A stretch of DNA of 60,657 nucleotides, counting the filler, from Nemertoderma westbladi (Eukaryota > Animalia > Xenacoelomorpha): the NCBI GenBank assembly GCA_032718475.1. It is 3 parts of 3 records of this genome, joined end to end, with 100 filler letters (N's around TTAATTAATTAA, not from the genome) between each part and the next. Parts side by side here need not be neighbours in the genome. Positions count along the whole stretch, not along the records: positions 48,091 to 60,657 come from JAUCBJ010003950.1; 2 more parts are not named here. One strand, 5' to 3'. The notes beneath the pieces were generated by a model, which saw only the letters and a program-made list of their open reading frames with translations, searched no databases and had not been told where the DNA came from. The position numbers and the translations under genes were made by a program. Positions 49,946-60,657 of the stretch are shown here, in pieces (within the stretch, counting starts at the first letter, position 1; every line of letters starts with the position of its first letter).

Positions 49946-50777
49946 AGGGGACTTCACACCTGCCGAACTCCAAAGAAGCATTAAAAGCATGTCCAATAAT
50001 AACGCGAGTGGATTAGATGAAATCCCAGCGGCGGTATAATGTGCTAAATGGACCATTATTGAATGTTTGCAAACGGATGTTAAAAGGGGAAAAGCCACCA
50101 CCAATTTGGACTAAAGGTCAACTAAAGCCTCTCCTCAAGAAAGGAGACCTCGGCATACCAACAAACTATCGTGGGATCTGTCTGCTTGTGGTAGCTGCCA
50201 AAATATACAATAAAATGATTCTACTGTATATAGGATTAGGCCTCACATAGAGAAACTTCTGCGTAAGAGCCAAAACGGATTTCGACCAAGAAGATCAACA
50301 ATAGCTCAGATACTTGCACTACGGAGACTGATTGAAGGAATTAAATCAAAGAATCTCCCCGCAGTCATGACTTTTGTGGACTTCAAGAAGGCATTCGACT
50401 CCATCCATAGAGGTAAAATGCTTGAAATCCTAAGAGCTTATGGAATACCAGAAGTAATTGTTGGTGGCATTGGATTGTTATATTGTGACACAGAAGCGCA
50501 GGTACTCTCACCAGATGGTGAATCTGAGTTTTTCTCAATCCTGGCTAGCGTACTGCAAGGTGACACATTAGCACCATTACTATTTGTAATTGTGCTGGAT
50601 TACGCAATGAGGACGGCCACAAAGGGTGAAAATCTGGGATTCACACTTCAAGAACGCAGAAGTAGTAGATATCCGGCAACTACAGTCACAGACACCGACT
50701 TTGCGGATGACAACGCCCTGCTCTCTAATACGCTACAGCATCGCTACAGCTACGCTACTGCACAGCTTCTACTAAAC

Positions 50778-52400
50778 TAGAGAGCCAGCAAGCTGGCTGG
50801 AAGGAGCCCGGGGGGAAGAATCCTAGCCAATACTAAACTAAACAATTATCTAAATGGTGTGATGATACATAGCTGACTTTGTGGCTTGCCCCACATAATA
50901 AAAAATGAAACTTTGCTGCCACTAACAACCGAATATTTATAAGAAAATGCCCATGATTCACAACCAGATAAATAACAAGTTAGATTTACCAGTACAGGTA
51001 CGGTTACCTTTCTTTTTGAAAACCATTAGATTTAACAATTAATAGAAGTCTAGGTCGCGGCGAAAAATAATAACGCAAATTAAACAACCATACAATCGGC
51101 CTACACACTTTTTTATTATTCGAAATAAATTCGCTAACAGAAAATATCTAAACTAATTTATTTATTTACTAATTAATCTAAACGAGAAGGTGAACAATTG
51201 TTTCTACACAATTAATTATGACGACTTTTATGGGATATGTAATATTTACTGTTCAATAATAATTTACAATCTCCCATTCCAACACATTCCCAGAGAGTAA
51301 TAATATCATCAATATATACAAACTAAGTGGATTATAATTCGATTTCTTCAGCCAAGTCCGATAGCTATTTTTCTGAAATTTATATTGCTAATTTAATTAT
51401 TTGGCATATTCTGTTTGTGGCGCGGACTATAATAATAATAACATTGTTGACATACAGTCTTTGAACCTTTCAGTCTTTCTCAGCAGTACTTTGTGGCTCG
51501 TCCCACATAATAAAAACTGAAACTTTGCTATGACAACACACCCGGTTCTTTTAAATTTGCGTGATTTGATTTATGCTCGCACCACTATTTGTAAGAAATA
51601 TTAAAACTTATCTTACAGTATGCCAATGTAGTAATGGTATTAAAATATAATTAAATTAATTTACACTATTAATGCTTCAGCTAAAAAATCGTTTCAGCTA
51701 AAAAATCGTATGTAATAAAAAAAATAAGAATATTTTTAATATGTGTATATGTAATATAGGTATTACTGCTAAGTTAGGCAGTAGGCCAGAGCGGGCTCCT
51801 TAAATACATGCAACTACTGTATTATAGTGTAGGTCAACTATAAAACATTTTGCAATCCACAGTGAGTATCGACTGCAATAGGACACAACACACTGCTTTG
51901 TGTAACTAAAATTCATTCTCCTGATCCACCCCCTAACATAGCAGAGTGAGTAACCTTATTGTAGATATACCCTTAGGAAGCACTGGGAGAGCAATCAGCT
52001 TATGGGGTAATACATTAGAAACCAACAGCTTATGTGTGAGTAAACATTGACTTTCCTTATAGCCTACTAGTAAAACTTGGCAACCAATACGTTTTACTAT
52101 GACTGTGTATAACATATTAAGCCATATTTCATCATGAACACCAGCTGTTATTTTACCATTGCTTTTAATTTCGCGACAAAACAATGTCAAAAAACTAAAT
52201 ATATCGAATACCACACATAGAATCGATCTGAAATTTTGTAACGCGATTATGAACCTCAAAAGCAATGTACTTGCAAAATTTCATCAAAATCGCCAGGCAG
52301 GAAGTGCCTTAACCTAGATAATTATCAGTCAGTCAGTGTCAGTCAATGTAATGTATCCTGAAGATTCTTACAGTAAGTATCCCGCTGTCAAGCGGGCTCC
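50778..52400. mobile_element. ~1.6-kb insertion interrupting the LINE
   Basis: LINE sequence cttctactaaa|taaagtggag is contiguous at 6401-6422 but split here; ends in hairpin cccgctgtcaagcggg. Confidence 0.65.
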
Positions 52401-52916
52401 TAATAAAGTGGAGAGGGCTGCTAAGGAGGTTGGATTGCATATAAAGGCTACCAAGACCGAATTCATGACCTTTAATGTTGATGGAAACTTGACAACCATT
52501 GATAATAATCAACTAAGGAAGGTCGATGACTTCCAGTACCTTGGATCATGGATAGAGAGTAGCAAAACGGACATAGAAGTTAGGAAAGCAAAGGCTTGGG
52601 TAGCTCTATCAAAAATGGATACCATCTGGAAATCAGATCTCTCCAGGCACCTGAAGACTAAGTTCTTTCGAGCCACAGTGGAAAGTGTATTTTTATACGG
52701 GGGTGAGAGCTGGACACTGACTAAATCACTTGAACAACGAATTGATGGTTGCTACACAAGACTACTAAGGGCAGCCCTAAACATCAGCTGGAGACAACAC
52801 ATGACAAACGCCGAGCTTTATGCTACAATACCACCTGTATCAACCACCCTCCGTGAACGCAGATTAAGATTCAGTGGGCACTGCTGGCGAAGTAAAGACG
52901 AGGTCATACCAGATCT

Positions 52917-53040
52917 ACGACGACGACGACGACGACGACGACGACAACGACGACGACGACGACGACAACTATTTGCATAAATTGACCCACCCCCTAACAG
53001 TGTCAATTCGCTAAGGCTCCGCCAACTTCGTGGCTCGCCT
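52917..53040 (+). mobile_element. 3' end of the (GAC)n element
   Basis: GAC tract plus aactatttgcataaattgacc..ctaaggctccgccaacttcgtggctcgcc. Confidence 0.8.
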
Positions 53041-53660
53041 CGATGGCTCAGTTTTATTCAGGATTTAATGGAAATATTCTGGGGTCACGCCAATTCACAC
53101 AGAAACACGATCTCCTTAAAATGTGACTTCCCGTTGGTTTCATCAAGAGTTCTTTACATATAAAGATAGATAATACTCTTAGCTTTCGAATGCACTAAAT
53201 ATCTCAGAATTCCATTAACATGGACTCGAGTTATTAAGGATTTCCTGAAAAAATTCCACATTTTAGCTAATTTTCATAATATTTGAGTATTACAGTATAA
53301 TTTTGCATTGTATGTACTGTATATCTCTGTTGCCATGGCAGCTGCTGTATGAATTGAATAGAAGCACTTCTAACTCAATAGGTATTCCTCACCGCGGTTG
53401 TAAATTTTGTGTTTCCACAGTAAATAGGCCGTTTTAGACGCGGTAAAAATTGTCTAAGGTCCCAAAGTAAGTGTGACATGTTGCCAATGGCAACGCCTCA
53501 AGCTTATTTAGCAAGGTTTCTATAAAATTATTACAAAATATTTGTTAAAACAAATATAACTTGCATCCAAAATGTCAATGCGTTGCCTCATTGTATGTCG
53601 GTTGAAAGATTACAGTATGTCTGGGTAGTTGGTAGACAGACATGTGTGAAGTTGGGAAGA

Positions 53661-54262
53661 GTATGCAGTCAGTATCCATGGCAACAGATGAGTATTCATG
53701 TACATACAGTGGCAACGGACGAAGGGTTGGTTGGTTTTTGTTTAAAACATGTATATAGACCTACATTGATTATTAGAATTATGTGATATACTTAGGGACC
53801 ACACCATAGCAACAGGGGGTCTTTACCATAGCAACAAGTTATACTCCATAGCAACCATCACGCAGTTATTGAAATCAGTAGAAAATGTTTGTTATGCTTA
53901 CTAGGCAATATAGGTGATAGACTGACAATAAGTTGGCAATATTCAGTAGTCATTTTCCACATAGCAACAATTTTACATATTGCACAGCAACGGATGAACG
54001 ATTAGTTGGTTATTGGTGAAAATTTGAATGTGGTCCTTTTTCTGATTACACGCAATTACACATTATATATTTGACGACCACACCGTAACAACAGGGGTTC
54101 GTTTCCATAGCAACTAGGTATCATCCATCCATAGTAACGCGAAAGTAGTTGGCTGATATTAGTTGAAAAAGTGTTAGTCTGTAGTTCAAACAATGTTTAT
54201 TTGTAAAATATTTTGATGGTGTGGCGGTGCCACTTACAAACTATGCGTAGCTGCGTAGGGCA
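53661..54262 (+). repeat. Dispersed repeat (ccatagcaac-rich); second copy at 58575-59300
   Basis: About 600 bp near-identical to 58575-59300; ends in ctatgcgtagctgcgtagggcatta. Confidence 0.85.
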
Positions 54263-54307
54263 TTACTACGGTGGCCCATAAGTGACAGCCATACAACATT
54301 TATAAAA

Positions 54308-54820
54308 CAACATTAACATTTAGGTTATCAACATTAACATTTAGGTTATCAACATTAACATTTATGTTATCAACATTAACATTTAGGTTATCAACATTAA
54401 CATTTATGTTATCAACATTAACATTTATGTTATCAACATTAACATTTAGGTTATCAACATTAACATTTACGTTATCAACATTAACATTTATGTTATCAAC
54501 ATTAACATTTAGGTTATCAACATTAACATTTACGTTATCAACATTAACATTTATGTTATCAACATTAACATTTAGGTTATCAACATTAACATTTAGGTTA
54601 TCAACATTAACATTTATGTTATCAACATTAACATTTAGGTTATCAACATTAACATTTACGTTATCAACATTAACATTTATGTTATCAACATTAACATTTA
54701 GGTTATCAACATTAACATTTAGGTTATCAACATTAACATTTATGTTATCAACATTAACATTTATGTTATCAACATTAACATTTATGTTATCAACATTAAC
54801 ATTTATGTTATCAACATTAT
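54308..54820. repeat. 21-bp tandem repeat
   Basis: (aacattaacatttakgttatc)n, about 24 copies. Confidence 0.97.
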
Positions 54821-55079
54821 TATATTCATTATTAATTTATTCCTTATTATCAACTTTGCATTTATTCAACCTACACCCCCATTACATTAGGTACCGGCAC
54901 AGAGTAATATGGCATCTGAAGAGGAACTTATCACTCATTATCTATATCTGTTGGTAAGAAGAACAGTAGACCAAATCCTCACGGTTTCGAGATTCAAGCT
55001 CACACAGCTGCACAGTCACAGACTCAGGAAGGCCTAGGCCCCCTACTATATCTTGTAGATGTTGAATCAATTCCAGAAT

Positions 55080-55800
55080 TTGGAACTTTACATATTCTGG
55101 CATTCATCTGTTCTGTTCATCATTCATACCACACATCTTCGGGAAAAAATATGTTTTCTGGTTGTTGATGTCCTCTTTAAAACTTTGTATATCAAATGAA
55201 GCCATTCCTCTCCTGAATACTTATGTAATATTCGCCTGCCCTAGCTCTATCTGTCAATTGGAATACTGTACCATCATTCTTCCACAGTTTGGAGCCCATT
55301 TCTAGACAAATGTTGCCGCAAAGGTTGACGTGGTTTATACAATATATGTGGACTTGATTCTTTTGTTAGTTATTCTATACGACTGGAGGTGGAGACTCTA
55401 AAGCTGGAACCACTACCTACTGCAGTATACATCAATCAAAGTTCAATTTGATAATGTGCTTTAAACTTATATGTACTGATCTAAACCTGATCCTCCATTA
55501 CAACAATGTGCAACATCCTCGCAGACTAGTTTCTGAGTTTAATATCCCAGCCAGACATCTAATGCAATCATGACCTGGCCATATATATAAAATTATGAAG
55601 CCAAGGCCATGCCCCGCCATGTTCCGGCATGCCTGCCATGTCTGCATGTTCCATACATCACCTCTTCTTTATCAGGGTCATTAACATATGGAACATGCTG
55701 GACCTGGAACACAGTAGAATCATCATCATCACTAATCGCTATTCTTTTAAACAGTCTTTAGACTCTGCTTTCTTATCAAGACATCTGAAATGTTTTAGAA
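55080..55800 (+). mobile_element. Highly decayed CR1/L2-like LINE 3' region
   Basis: LEYC-like remnant and HLFFIRVINIWNML (FF..RV...WN.L motif); many stops. Confidence 0.5.
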
Positions 55801-56090
55801 ATCTAAGTGACTGTTTGTTTGTTTATACTATACATACATACTGTACATCCTTTTAAATTGACCTTATGAGGAACCAGATTCATTTATAACTTGGGCAAAA
55901 AGTATAACCTTTTTCACTAACCTATTCTCGAGGCTTTATCTCATCTCTGGAGTACACCTTGCAGGCACTAAAGTTGCATTGCAATAGTGTGTAGGGATGG
56001 ATTTTGCTCAAATTTCGATCAAAAATTTTGATCAACATATTCAATGAAATTTTAGAAATTCCACCAAAAATATTTTGGCACTTTTGTCAA

Positions 56091-56336
56091 ATCAAATAGG
56101 TGACACTCCTAATCTGCTAATCCTGAAATCACCAGCTAATCCTGAAATTTAGTGCAGGTGATATCAATATTCCTAACTCTTGTTTATTGTTTTTTGGTTA
56201 CTTTCAAGTTCAATTCACCTCTGTAACCTGCTCCTTTGCTAACCCTGTAACCGCAACCGGGCACTAATGAAAGTGACTTTAGTTTAGGTGCGTTCAGGAT
56301 TAGCAGATTAGGAGCTAGGAGGGTCACCTATTTGAT
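56091..56336. mobile_element. MITE
   Basis: atcaaataggtgac..ctcctaatctgctaatcctgaa is mirrored by ttcaggattagcagattaggag..gtcacctatttgat. Confidence 0.75.
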
Positions 56337-56440
56337 ACAAGTGCCAATGTTTTATTTTACTTTTTTTACCGGGAGAAAAAGTAAAATCAATGCAAAATTA
56401 TGGCTCTATGGTACATTATTATGTGGCAATATTGTTCAAT

Positions 56441-56596
56441 CGGCCCGGAGATACTATCTCAGGCCCGGAGATACTAAGTCCGGCCCGGAGATACTATCTC
56501 AGGCCCGGAGATACTAAGTCCGGCCCGGAGATACTATCTCAGGCCCGGAGATACTAAGTCCGGCCCGGAGATACTATCTCAGGTCCTGAGATACTA
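56441..56596. repeat. 20-bp tandem repeat, two alternating variants
   Basis: ggcccggagatactatctca / ggcccggagatactaagtcc. Confidence 0.92.
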
Positions 56597-57204
56597 AAAA
56601 TAGAGAAAGAAAAGGATTCTTTCTGTACGAAACTCGTAGTAACAGTTTACTTTATATTAAATCTAACAGAATAAGCTACACCTATGCCTCAGTGATGCAT
56701 AGTCTGTGTCAGGTCTTAAATGAAAGTCTTACAAATCCGAACGTCAACGAGCGGGATATACTGTCTCGTCTCATTTCTTTATCACAAACCATGCATTTTT
56801 CATAACTAGGCATTATATAGCAATGTCAATTGATAGTATTGAATTTTTGTTAAATGATTTTACAAAATTTTAAATAAATAAAACTTTTATTAAAATAAAT
56901 AAAACTTTTAAAAATGAAAATTAGAGAATGAATGGGAATGCAGTGAATGGGGGCTATTATAGCTAGGGAGGCTAGAATGGAGTTGTGAAAAAAGAATAAT
57001 CTATTGCAAACCAGATGTTTCTTGAATTTTTCTCAGGTGTATTTGACAATAAAGTGGCTGAAGGTGAGGCTGTGGCTATGGCTGTGGCTGAGGGTGTGGC
57101 TGAGGGTGAGGCTGTGGCAGTGGCTGTGGTTGTGGGGAGTGCCTGAGTTCTTAAATCAGAGTCTTACAAATTCGAACGTTAACGAACAAATTCGAACGTT
57201 ACTG

Positions 57205-57280
57205 TTCCACCTTGGTGTAGTGGTTGCTTTGAATTCACATCTCCAGTAGGTCGTGGGTTCGATCCTCACATGGACCAGGG
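57205..57280 (+). mobile_element. tRNA-derived SINE head / tRNA pseudogene
   Basis: tggtgtagtgg A-box and ggttcgatcc B-box; shares ttgaattcac..aggtcgtgggttc with 13008-13098. Confidence 0.6.
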
Positions 57281-58574
57281 CAGTTTTCGTTCGATCAGCA
57301 ATAGGCCTAACTATACAAAGTGTAGTATTATTGCCTAGTAACCAATTCATAGCTACTGTATGGTTTTCACTTTGAGACATTTCGCCCTCTAGCGGCAGAC
57401 TAGGGAACTTCAGACTACTATGTGACTCCGCAAAAAGATATAGCCTATATTGTAATAGATACCGACTGGGGGGTCAAAATTAAGTAATAATATATCTAAA
57501 AAAGTCTCAAACATCTTACCTCATGGCTCGCCCTTCAGAACTCTTAAGCATAATATAGCTTCATATTTTTTAAGGAAAACTGGTAAACGAGATTTGTTAC
57601 TTACGCATACCTCGCAGACTTAAGTAATTAATTATACAGTAGGTTAGATCGTTTTGAGAGTAGGACCATTGGAAACAGCGCCCTCGAAAACCTCAGTACA
57701 AATAAAATTAATAAAGATTAACAGGATATAGCTTGTTATAATAAAACATAAATTATAATACAGTAGAAAAATTAGGGTTGTAAATAAAAACAAATTCAAT
57801 AAATTGAAGATAAACTGTATATAACTTATGTATTAAAAGAGGGCCTTATTTAATTATGTGCGGTCAGGCGCGCAGGCGGCTTCATACAGCACAATGTGAA
57901 AGAACGCAATCTATTGCAAAACCAGATGTTTATTGTAATTTTCTCAGGCGATTTGACAATGGTCGTATGGTACATAAAACTACAGTATCTAGTATAGAAA
58001 TGGTTGAGGATTAATTTAACATATGCGCTCGTATGTGCGGTAATTAATGGTTGTAGTTGGCCTATGTGCGATTGAGGTAATGCTGGCGCGTAAGATGTAA
58101 ACCTAAGGTTTCCAATCTTACATGATAACGAAGCTGAAGGCTACCATGGCAACATACCAAGGCAGCCCCCACCTACAAGTTTGAGCCAAGGCCAAACTGG
58201 CCCACTTTATTTTCCTGAAAGGGTAATTTATGTTTTGGACCCCACTCGCATCTTTATATTTCATTCTACCTTTACCTTCTTCTGTATGACAAAAATAATA
58301 CAAATGTACTGTATATTGTATTATTGTTCCTATTGTATTGCATATTTTATCTATTGTAGTACAATCTATTCATCGCGTGTCCCCTATCTGATTGATTTGT
58401 GTCAAATTAAATGGCCTTTGGCAACATTATTTGATACAAATCGATCGATTAAACAATTAATTAATTGTTTAATCAACCAATTAATTAATTGTTTAATTAA
58501 TTAATGACCTACTTAACACCTAAGGTGTGAAGTTGGACCAACTGTCGCCGAGGATGGCATACTCTTACTACTAC

Positions 58575-59300
58575 TATGCAGTCAGTATCCATGGCAACAT
58601 ATGTGTATTCCTGTACATACAGTACAGTGGCAACGGACGAATGGTTGGTTGGTTTTGTTTAAAACATGTATATAGACCTACATTGATTATTAGAATTATG
58701 TGATATACTTAGGGACTAGACCATAGCAACAAGTTATACTCCATAGCAACCATCACGCAGTTACTGAAATCAATAGAAAATGTTTGTCATGCTTACTAGG
58801 CAATATAGGTGATAAAAGCAAGCAAACAGTCGGCCGAAGCCGGAGGCGACCCGAAGGCTCCTCTTTCGATAGCTGCTACCCGAGGGTAGGGGTGTGCGCT
58901 ACTCCTATCCCAAGATTTGCTCCCAGTTATTTAACTGGTAGTCATATAGGTGATGGACTGACAATAAGTTGGCAATATTCAGTAGTCATTTTCCACATAG
59001 CAACAATTTTACATATTGCACAGCAACGGATGAACGATTAGTTGGTTATTGGTGAAAATTTGAATGTGGTCCTTTTTCTGATTACACAATTACACATTAT
59101 ATATTTGACGACCACACCGTAACAACAGGGGTTCGTTTCCATAGCAACTAGGTATCATCCATCCATAGTTACGAGAAAGCAGTTGGCTGATATTAGTTGA
59201 AAAGGTGTTAGATCTGTTGTTCAAACAATGTTTATTTGCAAAATATTTTGATGGTGTGGCGGTGCCACTTACAAACTATGCGTAGCTGCGTAGGGCATTA
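58575..59300 (+). repeat. Second copy of the 53661-54262 repeat, carrying an extra insertion
   Basis: Direct sequence match. Confidence 0.85.
58814..58943 (-). mobile_element. 130-bp retroposed insertion (SINE/RTE-type 3' end) with 11-bp TSD
   Basis: atataggtgat at 58803-58813 and 58944-58954; the empty site is present in the paralogous copy near 53908; minus-strand tail tgtttgcttgctttt. Confidence 0.85.
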
Positions 59301-59903
59301 CAGACTCAGACAGACAGACAGAGTGACTTGAGATATACCGGTACTGCTTACCGGTATTGCTCTGCTAAGGCTTTGAATATACGTATACAGATGTTGTCTG
59401 GATACAGCAGTACAGCAGAGTTAGTCGGCTCTATCACATATGGGGACCCGTGATTTTCCGCTACCTGCAATCAGCTCAACAAACACAAGCCTACAGGCTG
59501 ACAGGCACTATACTGCAACTGCTATTGCTACAGGTAGGCTATACTGCATACTGCTATTACAGTATTAGGTATTACCGGTCAGCCGGTACCGATACTGTAT
59601 TATTATAGTCCCAGTATCAGAGTGTCAGAGTGTGTAGCGTAGCAGTACCATACAGCAGTACATACAGTCAGTGTTTTTAGACTGATTTTCATATTCCGAT
59701 ATTCTGATATTAGGCCTACTGTATTATAATTCTGGATTACCGGTACTTCTGTACTTGATTATGTCGAAATGCACCGGCTGACCGGTATCCTATCAGCCTA
59801 TATGGAATACTGACAAAAAGCGCGCCACACACGTCACACGTTCTGGTTAAACGAAAATCGCGCCACCCACACCCATGATATCAAATGCGCGCCAAGCCAA
59901 CAA

Positions 59904-60553
59904 TTGACTATGTTGGTGATGAGGTACGACGATGAATGGCAGAATGGGCAGTTTGATGAAACTGCAGTATCCAAAAGGAAGTACCATCGCGGTAAAAGAG
60001 TGAGGAAGGACTCGACTCAGTGGTTAGCGACTGCGGTAGACGTTTCGCCATCAAAGAAGGCGAGGAAACTGTACGCGAAACCGGTGCCTAATCGTACTGG
60101 CCCAGTCCTTAGGGAACCCATTGTCCATCTCGCAGCAAGGCGCAGTACGGTTGCAACGGATGCTCATAAGAGTTACCACACCATTGGAAAGTCAGAAAGT
60201 CAGTCAGGCGAGGCCTATTCCACAATGTCGTCAACCACAGGCACAGCAGAAAGCGTAAGGATGGTCCACGGTTTGTGAATGATGATGGGTTTCATACGAA
60301 TCACATAGAAGCTGTACACGCCAGCCTCAAACGACAGTTGAGACGCCAATTCTGGCAAGTTAAGTGTCGTGGTGACATTGTTAGCAACAATAAGATACAG
60401 TTTGTCATATTCAAAGGGAACTGTGCCCGTAGCAAAGTCCCTCAAGATCCGTTGGTTGCGTGGCTCAGGATTGCTAAGTCTTTGAAAGAAGTGGGCGAGA
60501 AGGGTATCCGTGATGCATTGGAGTTTGGCAGTGACGATGATATCGAAAGTTAG
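59904..60553 (+). mobile_element. Merlin/ISXO2 (IS1595-related) DDE transposase, truncated and frameshifted
   Basis: FDET..KYHRGK, VPNRT..L...I, TVATDAHKSY, then after a frameshift near 60210 HNVVNH..FV..DGFHTNHIE. Confidence 0.88.
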
Positions 60554-60657
60554 ACTGCTATAGAATACTCTTTATATCTTAGGCCCTATATATGTTACCG
60601 GTATAGTTTTCCATGGTATTGATTTTATTTTATATTGTTGGCAAACTTGGCATTATG

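Larger units (their letters stand above)
49251..52916 (+). mobile_element. RTE-like LINE copy split into three pieces (49251-49439, 49946-50777, 52401-52916)
   Basis: Pieces translate in order: WKNHFSNLLG..LPIET / GDFTPAEL..GLDEIP..FVDFKKAFDSIHR..LQGDTLAP..FADD / KVERAAKEVGL..RRLRFSGHCWR; same family as 5763-7075. Confidence 0.9.

Noticed and set aside
54308-54957. 197-aa MLSTLTF-repeat ORF and splice-site origin of this array
   Set aside because: Translation of a 21-bp repeat; no adjoining exon identified, so it is not counted in the junction pattern.

Overview
AT-rich, repeat-laden animal (invertebrate-like) genomic DNA with spliceosomal introns and two scaffold gaps (20119-20218, 47991-48090). 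Hand-spliced genes: a 2-exon secreted fibrinogen-related (FReD) gene (minus, 226-1596); a multi-exon signal-peptide + Sushi/CCP gene (minus, about 10037-25864, at least one exon lost in a gap); an intronless cardiolipin synthase (CRLS1) inside a same-strand intron of that Sushi gene; an intronless RING/B-box/coiled-coil TRIM gene; and internal exons of ch-TOG/CKAP5/XMAP215 (plus, 31338 to at least 47990), whose 5' exons are not seen, so the minus-strand genes may all lie in one ch-TOG intron. About 24 kb is tandem satellite. Each of the seven large arrays appears to be an amplified exon-intron junction: four demonstrably, one probably, two tentatively. Donor-seeded arrays extend downstream and acceptor-seeded arrays upstream, placing up to 100+ decoy splice sites, with in-frame stops where testable, next to real exons. 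The rest is RTE-like and other LINE debris, TIR/foldback MITEs with 8-9 bp TSDs, (GAC)n-containing dispersed repeats, tRNA-derived SINE heads and a frameshifted Merlin/ISXO2 transposase. Homology calls come from recalled motifs, not database searches.
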